DNA from: Eledone cirrhosa
Taxonomy: Eukaryota
NCBI GenBank assembly: GCA_964016885.1
Contig: OZ024750.1
Span: 45,694,001-45,758,000 of the forward strand
Direction: 5' to 3'
DNA length: 64,000 bases
Every line of letters begins with the position of its first letter. Position 1 is the stretch's first letter. Made by a program: the position numbers and the translations under genes. The notes below the pieces were generated by a model, which saw nothing but the letters and a program-made list of their open reading frames with translations, was not told the origin of the DNA and made no database searches. This document shows positions 27,160 to 41,129 of the stretch, piece after piece.

Positions 27160-27640
27160 AGGGCGGGTAAAAATACCCGAGATCCATGGACAAGTTCTCT
27201 CCAGCGGTCTCTGTCCCTCATTATCGTTTCATGTCCTGCGTCTCCAACAGACCAGTGTTTGTCCTTAGGGCATCAACATACGTTAACCTTGGTCGTCCTC
27301 TTCCAGTGTGTCCATGTAGGGGCTCCCACAGGAGCACAGAGTGCAATGTCACCTCTGGATGTCGGTGAGCATGTCCAGCTAACCTCAGTCTCCTCTGTGT
27401 CACTTTTGAGCTGACTTTTGGGAGGCTCCCATACAGCTGTAAGTTTTTCATCCTCAGTGTATACTGATTAATGTTCAGAGTCATCCTCAGTTTGAGATCG
27501 GTGTGGAAGTGGGACCTTCGTAAAGACCTGAAAATCCGCCTCTTCATTGCTGTAGTGGAGTCTGTGCTGCTGTGCGGGTCTGAGACTTGGACACTGACCA
27601 AGAAACTCACTCAGATGGTTGATGGGTGCTACAGGAGATT
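27160..27640 (-). mobile_element. RTE-clade LINE 3' fragment with inverted 5' segment
   Basis: Minus 27160-27490 reads LRMTLNIN...LYGSLPKVSSKVTQRRLRLAGHAHRH...GRGRP. Plus 27486-27640 reads LKIRLFIAVVESVLLCGSETWTLTKK...DGCYRR, the segment expected immediately upstream. Confidence 0.8.
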
Positions 27641-27646
27641 TTATAT

Positions 27647-28075
27647 ATATATTGTTATACTTTGGGAGGGTCATGTTGCCAATAAGAAACACACGCACCA
27701 GTTGCTTTCACTTCAATTTATTATGAATTAAATTTATAAATTTAGGAATCTATAAATTTCCGGTTGGTTGGTTGGTTCCACAACCAGATGATTGTTCATA
27801 TATTGTCAAAGTTCTTTCGTCACACATTCTATGAGGTCACAGAATGTGTGACGAAAGAACTTTGACACTATATAAACAATCATCTGGTTGTGGAACCAAC
27901 CAACCAACCGGAAATTTATAGATTCCTAAATTTATAAATTTAATTTATAATAAATTGAAGTGAAACAACTGGTGCGTGTGTTTCTTATTGGCAACATGAA
28001 CCTCCCAAAGTATAACAATATCGATTTCAACACACGTTTTCATATAAAGAATATTGCTAAACAAATTCAGAAACG

Positions 28076-28080
<5 letters not shown>
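27647..28080 (+). mobile_element. Fold-back family A copy (axis in hammerhead stem II)
   Basis: ~185-bp inverted arms meeting at ~27835. The right arm carries an extra ~60-bp tail before (TA)n. Confidence 0.8.
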
Positions 28081-28938
<858 letters not shown>

Positions 28939-29159
28939 CGTATATATATATATTATGAGGAGGTGTGTGGGTGTGTGTGTATGGAATCGCAGCATCCCCT
29001 AGGATTGTGTCCATAACAAGTTTACAAAACCAATGGGATTTTTACAAGTCTTTGAAAGAAGCCGCGGTGTCGGCGCCATTGCAGATTGAACCCACCCCTG
29101 TCCCACCCCAGACATCAGCCCTCACGTCAAACAGTTTCCGATCAACGTTTTCTACAAGA

Positions 29160-29745
29160 GAGGGACACCAGGAGAGAGCGGGGAAGAAAGAGGAAATGAG
29201 AGAGAGGAGTGCTGGGAAGGAGAGGGAGAGTGAGTGTGGAAAGGAAGAAAGAGAGAGTGAGAGAGATTGGGGAGTAGGAGAAAGAGAGAGTGAGAGAGAT
29301 TGTGGAGAAGGAGAAAGAGAGAGAGAGAAAGATTGGGGAGAAGGAGAAAGAGAGAGAGAAAGATTAGGGAGAAGGAGAAAGAGAGATTGAGAGAGATTGG
29401 GGAGAAGAAGACAGAGAGAGAGAGAAAGATTGGGAGAAGAAGAAAGAGAGAGTAAGAGAGATTGGGGAGAAGAAGACAGAGAGTGAGAGAGATTGGCGAG
29501 AAGGAGAAAGCGAGAGAGAGAGATTGGGCAGGTGAAAGAGAGGGAGTGTGTGTATGGGGAGAACGAGAGAAAGAGAGAAAAAGAGAGAGAGAGAGATTGG
29601 GGAGAATGAGAAAGAGAGAGAGAGAGAGAGTAGGGAGGAGAAAGAGAGAGAAAGTGGTTGGGGAGAAGGAGGATGAGATAGAAAGAGAGAGAGATTGGAG
29701 AGAATGAGAAAGAGAGAGCGAGTGTATGGAAGGCGAGAAGTAGAG
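29160..29745. repeat. (GA)-rich minisatellite with GAGATTGGGGAGAAG units
   Basis: Direct inspection. Confidence 0.9.
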
Positions 29746-31557
29746 TGTATGGAAGGAAATATGGAAAGCAATATTAGAGGGTGATGACATTTGTAAAATA
29801 GGTGAAAAACTTACTTTTTAGAAGACAGGTAATTGTCGTATTGTGCACTCAGGTAAGAAACCAAGCACATTTTATATATACAAATCTCTCTATATATATA
29901 TATACACCCATCCATATATACATACGTAAATAAACATAAATATATATATATATATGTTAAAATATATATATATATGTGTGTGTGTCTGTTTATTTTTGTA
30001 TATGAATACAGTAACGCACGTACAAGTGTATCTGACTATGTTATAAAATAAAACTTTAAATCTACAATAATATTAGATTAAAAATTGTGCGTTCGTTTAT
30101 GGCATAAGCAATGATTAATTTTACTTCTTAAATACATTACTTTTCAATTTATAGAAATAAAACAAGAGTAATTTTAAATGGGTAATAAGATAGTAAAAGT
30201 AAATAATTCTATAGTAAAAAAATATAATAACTTATATATTACTATTAAATAAAGTGCCGCGTTTCAGATATACATAATTATATTTTCAATGTCATCTTTG
30301 GCCTCGAGTTTTAATATATATTGCTTCAGTGTAGATAAATATTAACAAATATAAGAATTATATTCTCATGAAGAAATTTACTTCATTTTTACATTCTAAA
30401 GAATTTTTATTAGATCACAGCGGGGAAAACATTTTACATGTAGACACAGACTGGTGTATATACATAAACTAGATATATGCACACATGAATATACACATGG
30501 ATGTATACACATAAATACATTAGAAGAAAGGAAAAAAAAAATAGAAGCTTTGAAAGGAAATTTTATGAAGTATGTAAAATTATTCACAAGAGGAGGAACA
30601 TAAAAATGTAAAGAAAAATACAACTGAATAAATGTAGACAAAAACAGAATACAATATTTAGTTGAATTATTATAAAAAGTAGCATCGTATAGTGATAGAT
30701 AGAATTTAAAATTGTTACTTCAACACTGCCATTTTAATAGTATACTAAAGTAGAATAAATATATTTATATATACATACATATTTGTGTGTATGTATGTGT
30801 GCGTGTGTATATATTTATATATATATATATTCACTATATATATATATATATATGTATGTATATGTATATATATATGAATATATATACATATTTATATATA
30901 TATATGTGTGTGTGTATGTGTGTGAATATGTGTGTGTGTGTGGGGGGGGGGGGTTATGTGTGTGTACACTACCAAAATAAGATACTACTGGAACGAGGAG
31001 ATGATTGGTTCACATTTAAATATTTCAAAGTATCTGGACAATAAAATCGGACCTTCGGGTATTTTTTTCATGAGATTTACACAAATGCTTCTTGTCTACT
31101 TACACATTCATTCCAATGAATCTGGATAAACATTTTCCTTGGTTTTGCCCTGTGGTGCAATGATGAAGAGACCAACAAGATCTTAGGAAAAACTTAGGAA
31201 ATGCTAATATAAGATTGATTATGTGATGGAACAAAACCCGTCAGCATTCGAAGTACAATTTTCAAAGCTTGCCCTTGAGAAATATTGATGCCGTTGCAAA
31301 GTTAAATATGAAAAAGATACTAAAGCATTTAACCTGTTGACTGCCGCGTATATTTAACAGAGCTACAGTTGCTGTGCCGGGGGTTTTCTTTTTCAGTAAA
31401 ATGATTATTTTTTAAGCAACATTTATTAACAGCACATATCTGAATAATTGACAAACATCACATAAATAAACTAGTAACGCCATCTAGCTTTGAAATTATG
31501 AACTGTTGGAAAAGAATTCATAAGTTTGAAGATAAGAACTGTTGGGAAAGAGTTCAA

Positions 31558-31964
31558 ACATGTTAGGACGAGTTATCTCGCCAGTGGCACTGGAATACAT
31601 ACATGTTAGGACGAGTTATCTCGCCAGTGGCACTGGAATACATACATGTTAGGACGAGTGATCTCGCCAGTGGCACTGGAATACATACATGTTAGGACGA
31701 GTTATCTCGCCAGTGGCACTGGAATACATACATGTGAGGACGAGTTATCTCGCCAGTGGCACTGGAATACATACATGTTAGGCCGAGTTATCTCGCCAGT
31801 GGCACTGGAATACATACATGTTAGGACGAGTTATCTCGCCAGTGGCACTGGAATACATACATGTTAGGACGAGTTATCTCGCCAGTGGCACTGGAATACA
31901 TACATGTTAGGACGAGTTATCTCGCCAGTGGCACTGGAATACATACATGTTAGGACGAGTTATC
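31558..31964. repeat. 43-bp minisatellite, ~9.4 near-perfect copies
   Basis: Unit TGTTAGGACGAGTTATCTCGCCAGTGGCACTGGAATACATACA at 31561, 31604, 31647 ... 31948. Confidence 0.95.
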
Positions 31965-31989
31965 CAACGTAACTAGGACGGCATCAATT

Positions 31990-32290
31990 GCAGGTCCTTT
32001 GTCAGACGGATCAAGTCAGGCGTATTTGGACCCCGTACTGCCGAGATCCTCCACAAGATCGGGGCGTCGGCGGCCCGTCTGTGGAGGAAGCTCCGCGTGG
32101 TTGGGTGACTGTGCAGTGGGTGTCACTGGCAGTCATCCAGGGGAGTGCTTTTGCCGCCTTGTCCACGTGGTGCAGCACTTCTACCCTCTTGCCCTAGGCC
32201 CAAAGCCCAATCACCCTACCCCTTCACCCCTCCCCTCTATTTTTTAATTCATATGTTTTTTCACATTCGCAACAACGGAGCACGCCATAT
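31990..32290 (+). mobile_element. Degenerate 3' end of a CRE-like (RLE-type) non-LTR retrotransposon
   Basis: Frames give SGVFGPRTAEILHKIG and VSLAVIQGSA, homologous to 41130-41520. Confidence 0.55.
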
Positions 32291-32294
32291 TTCA

Positions 32295-32374
<80 letters not shown>

Positions 32375-32623
32375 CATATATGCATATATACATATATATT
32401 TCACATTGTCTCTCACACACACTCAGTCTTATTTATACTTTCTAATTAATTACCTCAAAGTTGTTAGTTATTGTTTTTAAATTCATCGTAAGTTATCTGT
32501 TAAATATTAGTGGAGAAGAGGTTGTTCTGTAAGAAGCCATATATGATATGAGTTACTTATATTTCATTTCATGGAGAAGGGGTCGCTCCAAGAGGTAAGG
32601 TAATGTATGGTATGAATTATTAA

Positions 32624-32835
32624 ACATTGTTATACTTGGGGAGGGTCATATTGTTGTAATACTATTACCTAACAGTGAGTGTGCTCTGTTATTATTGCCA
32701 GAAATAATAACAGAGCACACTCACTGTTAGGTTGGTTATCTTTTTTCGCTTCTGCATCTTTTATATATCCATAGTTAATTCATTTGGCCATCAATGTTTA
32801 TCACTTACTGACCAACGGTCAAAAATACAGTTATA
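32624..32835 (-). mobile_element. Diverged 3' end of a PLE 2-related element with an internal inverted duplication
   Basis: ATTGTTATACTTGGGGAGGGTCATATT...ACAGAGCACACTCACTGTT...ACTGACCAACGGTCAAAAATA resembles 14653-14825. ~29-bp hairpin at 32667-32730. Confidence 0.7.
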
Positions 32836-33514
32836 AATATATATATATAGTCTAACAAATAGTTGATATATAAGGAGAGGAAGAGCCGAGAGAGTTTCGT
32901 TTACATATATGGATATACTACCATAAAATCAAATATAAGGAAAAGTGGAAAAGGTTATCAACACGCAGAATACAAAAGACACCAACTAGTCGTCTCAAAG
33001 AAAATATCAGTTTGATTTAATCTGCTTCTATAAATGTATTTTTTATTTAAATGTTTAGCTTGGTGGTATATAATCGTTGCAAATGCAGGTTGTGAAACAT
33101 TAAAACTACTAGCAGAAAAACCACCCCACGGGTGGTTTTCTGCTAGCATGTGTAGTGTGTATATTGATATTATATGCAAGTATATATGCATGTAGATATG
33201 ATACATCAAATAAAATCGTAATTGACAATATACACAGAAATTGAGCGAAGATTGTGTTACACTCTCTTATGTAATCAGTAACGTAATCCATGATACGTTA
33301 AACAAAGAGGATATTATATATAAACTGTATTAGGAGAAAATTAGTGACAGAAATATTTGAATATTTATTTAAACGATCACTAACCGGGAGTGTTGACATT
33401 TGAAAATTTTAAAGAAGTGAATCTTTAAATAAGTAATAACATATATTTAATGAACAGCCACGAAATTTAGTGGATAAATTATGTAATATTCATTCATTAT
33501 TTATTCAAAAACTT

Positions 33515-33603
33515 TTCCTTTCATCCTTACGGGGTCGATAAAATAAAGTACCAGTAATATACTGGGATAATTGCTGGCCATGTGCCAAAAGTAGAAACAA
33601 TTA
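33515..33603 (+). mobile_element. SINE 3' part
   Basis: CCTTTCATCCTTACGGGGTCGATAAAATAAAGTACCAG...GTAGAAACAATTA. Confidence 0.7.
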
Positions 33604-33902
33604 TTTATTCAAAGTAATCCAACTTATTTTACTGAGGGGATAAACAATTATAAACCGTATGCAGTCCGGCACTCCGTACTTTATTATAGTTTAGATGACG
33701 TGTATGTAACTACATAGATAGAATGTTTCCTCGCAGATATAGCCATCTGTATGTATAAACATGTATATGTGAATGTGTCTATTGGTCTGTGTCAGTGCAG
33801 AACATAGGTACAAATATATATGGGCTCCATATATCAGATTTTATCTCGGCTAAACAAATTAGAGTAAATTTAAAATACTCAATGAGCAAATAAAAATGAC
33901 CT

Positions 33903-34302
33903 ATAAAGCAATGCCTGTGCCGTGAAGCTTTTATAGTGAGCAAAGGCACTGCACAAAGCCAGTCCCACTCTCTTAACCAAGATGATATTTACAAAAAAGA
34001 AGAACAAGTCAACATCATTGGATACCATCAGGGTTGCAGGTGTTATATCAGTGTTTTCCTTCTCCTAGAATTCTGCATTGACAAAGGCTAAGGGGTCATC
34101 TCTCCCGGTGATTTTGGATGGCAATTGATTCTTAAGAGCTCCTTTGCCCTTTGACAAGTTTTGTTTTTAGTCCTGCAGGATGTCCAAAGTCACCCTCCTC
34201 ACCAAGAAACCTTGGTGGGGTTGCCAGTTTAGTAGCCAACAACCCGACCATGGGACATGTTGTACTGGGATACATGTTACCAGTAGCACCAACTGGTGAC
34301 CT

Positions 34303-34306
<4 letters not shown>
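33903..34306 (-). mobile_element. 5' part of the 610-bp repeat family
   Basis: Reverse complement of 37027-37430. Confidence 0.85.
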
Positions 34307-34354
<48 letters not shown>

Positions 34355-34480
34355 CATACATATTTATATATATGTTATATATATATGTTAGGTAATTCCA
34401 AAGGAAAAGCAAAAGAAAAAAGAGTGCTCTATGTATAGAACAGAGCTTTTTAATTAGAAAGTGAACAACATCTATAACAT

Positions 34481-34550
34481 CTCTTTCTGACGAACGATCC
34501 AGACGTATATATTAATATCGTCTGTGATCCAGAAACCTTTGGTAATGGAG
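34481..34550 (+). ncRNA. Type I hammerhead ribozyme motif with long stem II
   Basis: CTCTTT-CTGACGA-[acGATC CAGACG..CGTCTG tGATCca]-GAAA-CC(ttt)GG-TA-ATGGAG. GUA cleavage triplet. Bracketed by 20-bp inverted repeats 34451-34470 / 34564-34583. Confidence 0.7.
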
Positions 34551-34582
34551 TAGTTACATTTTGTGTTGTCCACTTTCTAATT

Positions 34583-34662
<80 letters not shown>

Positions 34663-34794
34663 TATAAACAGGGCTGTGTAGTTGCTGGATAAGGTGTACT
34701 TATAAATATGAGGAAAGCAAGAACGGGAGAAAATTTTCCTTCATCAGTTGTCTGCTGGGAGTACTGGACATTTCAACGCACTATATATATGTAT

Positions 34795-34903
<109 letters not shown>

Positions 34904-34929
34904 ATATATATATATATATATATATGTAT

Positions 34930-35285
34930 GACTAACACAACCACCGATTACACACATTGGCCATCGTTCTCACCATCAACTCCATCACAAAGCAAATATC
35001 CGGCAGCTCACCACACCCTTTACGGAACTACCTTAGGAACTTGCCCACGGACATACACTCACAACATTTTTTTTTCCAACCACGCCACCTACTCCACAAT
35101 ACGTATAAACACCACACACAAGTGCGTACACCCACATATTTACACACTCAGCCTCCGGAAACATCTACCCCCACCCCCACCCTCTGACGCCTCCCCATTC
35201 ACACGCGCACACACACACCGACCTACACCCCACCCCACACACACCTTTTCCTGAACATGGAACTTCGTTCTTCCTCCAACTCTCA

Positions 35286-35320
<35 letters not shown>

Positions 35321-35670
35321 ACACCTACACACATACACCACCTGCAGCCCTCTCCGATCGGACCCACCTCTTCCCACTCCACCGGTCACCCCCCCCCCCC
35401 TTCACGCCCCACACCCTTCCACCAACTGTTTATCTTCATGTTTATTTTTATTTTTGTTATATTTATTTTTCTTTGTACCCCTTCCACCGTTTTTCCTCCT
35501 TTTCCTCCCCCACTCCCCTACACACCCTTGGAACTCTCTTCCCACACACTTTTCGCCTGAAGAAGGGCTAATATCAGGAACGTCGTTCCCCTCCCCACAC
35601 TCTCAAGAGCGTGAAACTAATAAACCTTTGTTCGTACTGCCTCTCTGTTTTGTTCCCGTTCGATGTTTCA
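34930..35670 (+). mobile_element. Possible decayed PLE 3' end
   Basis: C-rich segment between (TA)n tracts with a degenerate CCTGAAGAAGGG...GAACGTCG near 35557 followed by AATAAA. Weak evidence. Confidence 0.3.
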
Positions 35671-35671
35671 C

Positions 35672-35755
<84 letters not shown>

Positions 35756-36345
35756 TGTGTGTGTGTGTGTGCCTGATGGTAGCTAAGAGGCTTCCATAGG
35801 CGGTATGCCGGTTGAGTCCTCTATGCTCTTATAGAGCAGAGTATGATAGAATGGAAAACGAAAAAATCAGTGATGCATCTGAACTCAACTTATTGTGTGT
35901 TACAATTGTTTCGCCGGCGGACAACTCGAGACGCGATATGTGGAGATGTCTTTCTGTGTGTGTATGTGAGTGTGTATACATTTACTAGGCGATATAATTA
36001 AATCATTGAAATGATAAATAAAGAAATAAATATCAACATCAACACACAAAGTCACAAGTCATTGCGTACATTTTTTTTTTATTTCTTAATAATATAAAGT
36101 GTGAAAAACTTTCGCCACACATCTGCGTCCTCACCATTGAAAATATTTTACTGCGTATTTATTTAGTTTTATATATCGTGGAAATATTGTAGTGATCAAG
36201 TTTCATACGTGTGAAGCGAGGAGTTGGAATATATAATTGTGTCCTATATACTGGTTAACATGCCGCCTCTTCTTATTTTATTTCACATTAATCTTCCCTA
36301 CTCTCAAACACACCAATACATACAAACATATTAAATTACACACAC

Positions 36346-36926
36346 ACATGTATCCCAGTACAACCTGTCTCATGGTCGGGTCGTTGGCGACTAAACTGGC
36401 AACCCCATCAAGGTTTCTTGGTGAGGAGGGTGACTTTGGACATCCTGCAGGACTAAAAACAAAACCTGTCAAAGGGCAAAGGAGCTCTTAAGAGTCAATG
36501 GCCATCCAAAATCACCGGGAGAGATGACCCCTTAGCCTTTGTCAAGGCAGAATTCTAGGAGAAGGAAAACTCTGATATAACACCTGCAACCCTAATGGTA
36601 TCCAATGATGTTGACTTGTTCTTCTTTTTTGTAAATATCATCTTGGTTAAGAGAGTGGGACTGGTTTTGTGCAGTGCCTTTGCTCACTATAAAAGCTTCA
36701 CGGCACAGGCATTGCTTTATATCTGGAGATCTCTCTGCACTTGTCGTCATATGGTACCATGGGCCTAGCACTATGTGTCAATAATTGTCACAAGTGTAGT
36801 GTTTGTACCAGAGTTTTCAAGTCGCTGGCTGGACTAAAAAGTCACACTTGTTTAGCGCATCAGTAGGGGTTCTCCTACATGGATATGAAGTAGTGGCCGT
36901 ACTCGAAAACGAGTTGGCAGCCACCA
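36346..36926 (+). mobile_element. 610-bp repeat family, slightly 5'-truncated
   Basis: Near-identical to 37056-37636. Confidence 0.85.
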
Positions 36927-37026
36927 TATATATATATGTATGTATGTATGTATGTATACAGATGTATATAGTTATAGACCTACAATGAATAACATTTATG
37001 TATGTATGCATGTATGTATGTATGCA

Positions 37027-37636
37027 TGTCAGGTCACCAGTTGGTGCTACTGGTAACATGTATCCCAGTACAACCTGTCCCATGGTCGGGTCGTTGGCGA
37101 CTAAACTGGCAACCCCACCAAGGTTTCTTGGTGAGGAGGGTGACTTTGGACATCCTGCAGGACTAAAAACAAAACCTGTCAAAGGGCAAAGGAGCTCTTA
37201 AGAGTCAATGGCCATCCAAAATCACCGGGAGGGATGACCCCTTAGCCTTTGTCAAGGCAGAATTCTAGGAGAAGGAAAACTCTGATATAACACCTGCAAC
37301 CCTGATGGTATCCAATGATGTTGACTTGTTCTTCTTTTTGGTAAATATCATCTTGGTTAAGAGAGTGGGACTGGCTTTGTGCAGTGCCTTTGCTCACTAT
37401 AAAAGCTTCACGGCACAGGCATTGCTTTATATCTGAAGATCTCTCTGCACTTGTCGTCACATGGTACCATGGGCCCAGCACTATGTGTCAGTAATTGTCA
37501 CAAGTGTAGTGTTTGTACCAGAGTTTTCAAGTCGCTGGCTGGACTAAAATGTCACACTCGTTCAGCGCATCGGTAGGGGTTCTCCTACATGGATATAAAG
37601 TAGTGGCCGTACTCGAAAACGAGTTGGCAGCCACCA
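37027..37636 (+). mobile_element. 610-bp repeat family, full-length
   Basis: TGTCAGGTCACCAG...GAGTTGGCAGCCACCA. Confidence 0.85.
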
Positions 37637-37719
37637 TGTATGCATGTATGTATGTATATATATGCATGCCTGTACGTATGTATGTATATATATCTATATA
37701 TATATGTATGTATGTATGT

Positions 37720-37817
37720 ATACATATGTATATAGTTATAGACCTACAATGAATAACATTTATGTATGTATGCATGTATGTATGTATTATATATGCATGC
37801 ATGTACGTATGTATGTA

Positions 37818-37850
<33 letters not shown>

Positions 37851-38572
37851 ACAGATGTTTATAGTTATAGACCTACAATGAATAACATTTATGTATGTAT
37901 ATATTTATGTATGTATGCATGTATGTATATATATGCATGTATGTACGTATGCATATATATATATAATATATGTATATATTATTATGTAATACACAACATA
38001 AGGCAATTACTTCATTTACACATATGTATGTATATATACAGATGAATATAGTTATAGACCTGCAATGAATAACATTTATGTATGTATGCATGTATGTATG
38101 CATGTATGTATGTATGCATGTATGTATGTATGCATGTATGTATGTATATATATGCATGTATGTACGTATGTATGTATATATATATATATGTATGTATCTA
38201 TGTATACAGTTGTATATAGTTATAGACCTACAATGAATAACATTTATGTATGTATATATTTATGTATGTATGTATGTATGTATGTATGTATATATATGCA
38301 TGCATGTACGTATGTATGTATATATATATATATGTATGTATGTATACAGATGTATATAGTTATAGACCTACAATGAATAACATTTATGTATGTATGCATG
38401 TATGTATATATGCATGTATGTATGTATGTATGTATGTATGTATGTATGTATGTATGTATGTATGTATGTATGTATGTATACATATGTATATAGTTATAGA
38501 CCTACAATGAATAACATTTATGTATGTATGCATGTATGTATGTATATATATGCATGCATGTAAGTACGTATG

Positions 38573-38607
<35 letters not shown>

Positions 38608-38986
38608 GTATACAGATGTATATAGTTATAGACCTACAATGAATAACATTTATGTATGTATATATTTATGTATGTATGCATGTATGTATGTATATATATG
38701 CATGCATGTACGTATGTATGTATATATATATATATATGTATGTATACATATGTATATAGTTATAGACCTACAATGATTAACATTTATGTATGTATGCATG
38801 TATGTATGTATGCTTGTATGTATGTATATATATACATGCATGTACGTATGTATATATATATATATGTATGTATGTATGTATACAGTTGTATATAGTTATA
38901 GACCTACAATGAATAACATTTATGTATGTATATATTTATGTATGTATGCATGTATGTATGTATATATATGCATGTATGTACGTATG

Positions 38987-39021
<35 letters not shown>

Positions 39022-40003
39022 GTATACAGATGTATATAGTTATAGACCTACAATGAATAACATTTATGTATGTATGCATGTATGTATATATGCATGTATG
39101 TATGTATGTATGTATGTATGTATGTATGTATGTATGTATATGCATGCATGTACGTATGTATGTATATATATATATATGTATGTATGTATACAGTTGTATA
39201 TAGTTATAGACCTACAATGAATAACATTTATGTATGTATATATTTAAATATGTATGCATGTATGTATATATATGCATGTATGTACGTATGTATGTATATA
39301 TATATATATATGTATGTATGTATGTATACAGATGTATATAGTTATAGACCTACAATGAATAACATTTATGTATGTATGCATGTATGTATGTATGCATGTA
39401 TGTATGTATGCATGTATGTATGTATATATATACATGCATGTACGTATGTATGTATATATATATATGTATGTATACAGTTGTATATAGTTATAGACCTACA
39501 ATGAATAACATTTATGTATGTATATATTTATGTATGTATGCATGTATGTATGTATATATATGCATGCATGTACGTATGTATGTATATATATATATATGTA
39601 TGTATGTATGTATACAGATGTATATAGTTATAGACCTACAATGAATAACATTTATGTATGTATGCATGTATGTATATATGCATGTATGTATGTATATATA
39701 TGCATGCATGTATGTATGTATGTATGTATATATGCATGTACGCATGTATGTACGTATGTATATATATGCATGCATGTATGTATGTATATATATATATGTA
39801 TGTATGTATGTATACAGATGTATATAGTTATAGACCTACAATGAATAACATTTATGTATGTATGCATGTATGTATGTATATATATGCATGTATGTATGTA
39901 TGCATGTACGTATGTATATATATGCATGCATGTATGTATATATATATATGTATGTATGTATGTATACAGATGTATATAGTTATAGACCTACAATGAATAA
40001 CAT
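37720..40003. repeat. Satellite: conserved ~36-bp core with variable (TATG/TA/TGCA) spacers, 16 units
   Basis: GTATATAGTTATAGACCTACAATGAATAACATTTATG recurs every ~130-200 bp; one more copy at ~36965. Confidence 0.92.
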
Positions 40004-41129
40004 TCTATCAACCTATACGCAGCCTTTACTATCCTCCTGCCCTCCATAATCTTCCCTCACAATTTAAACTACAGTTAAATAATCTTACACATAGTATATA
40101 TTTATGTAACATAATGAACGTTATGGGGCAATAATATACACTGTCAGCCTATAAAGTATTTTTGTTGAATGAATGATGTAAATGGCTGTCTTAATCTAAC
40201 AGTAAGGGGATTGGCTAATGGCGGTATAGATAGCCTCCATTATTGGGTAGTAGAGGGAAGCTTGGCACAGGGGCAGCCATTGTTACTGAGGTTGTATGTG
40301 TTATCGTTGTTGTCTTTGTTATTGTTATTGTAGCCCTGTTCAGTCAACATAACACTGAGTTGACACCAATTAAAAAGCAATCGACCGTTTATTGTTGACA
40401 GGACTCTTCATCTTAAACAACCGTAAAAGTAAAATATGGTCTGTGTCTGTATATGTGTCTGTGTCTGTATATGTGTCTGTCTCTCTGTGTATGTGTGTGT
40501 GTATTTATGTGTATTTGTGTGTGTATTTATATATATACGTGTGTGTGTGTCTGTGTCAGTGCATGTGTGTGTGTGTATGTGTACGTGTGATTGTGGGAGA
40601 GAGAGAAGGGGTTTTAAGCCTGTGTTTATTCCCAAATATATTTTATGGCTTAAGCCGGTGTAGAAAGAGCAGCGTGTGTGACCTTAGCTGTGGCTCTGAG
40701 ACAGATCGAGGAGAAGGGAGAAAGAGAACAACATACTGTTTAACTTGTTTTCTGCTGTTGTAGTTGATGATATAGTTGTTCTTGTTATTGTTGTAGGTAC
40801 TGTAGATGTCGTAGCTTATTGTGGCTATTTTTGTTAATGTTTCCGTTGATGTTGTGAATGTTGGTGTTATTAACGCAGTGTTTTGTTTGTGTGGTTGATG
40901 ATGTTATATTTTTTTATGTTGTGATGTGGATGCTGTTGTTTTTATTGCTGTTTTATTTGATGTTGTTGTCTTGTTCCAGCTTCTTCAGGTTTGAGTCGAG
41001 TTATAATCATAAGCGTCCTGGCCATGACCTTGCGTTTTATTATACTTTATTGTACATATTTGTTTCTTTAAAAAAATAAAAGATGATACGTCGTTAGTTG
41101 GATAGATTGTTGTCATATTTACATAAAGA

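Noticed and set aside
30975-31350. Decayed piggyBac transposase and TTAA terminus
   Set aside because: Only vague motifs (RYYW, RF.Q...LH); too degenerate to support without a search.
31558-31964. CRISPR array
   Set aside because: Palindromic repeats but no unique spacers, no cas genes, eukaryotic context.
34725-34765. Hammerhead at minus-strand CTGATGAAGGAAAATTTTCTCC
   Set aside because: No GAAA half-core at the expected position.
37720-40003. CRISPR-like repeat-spacer array
   Set aside because: The spacers are low-complexity TATG/TA variants of each other, not acquired sequences.
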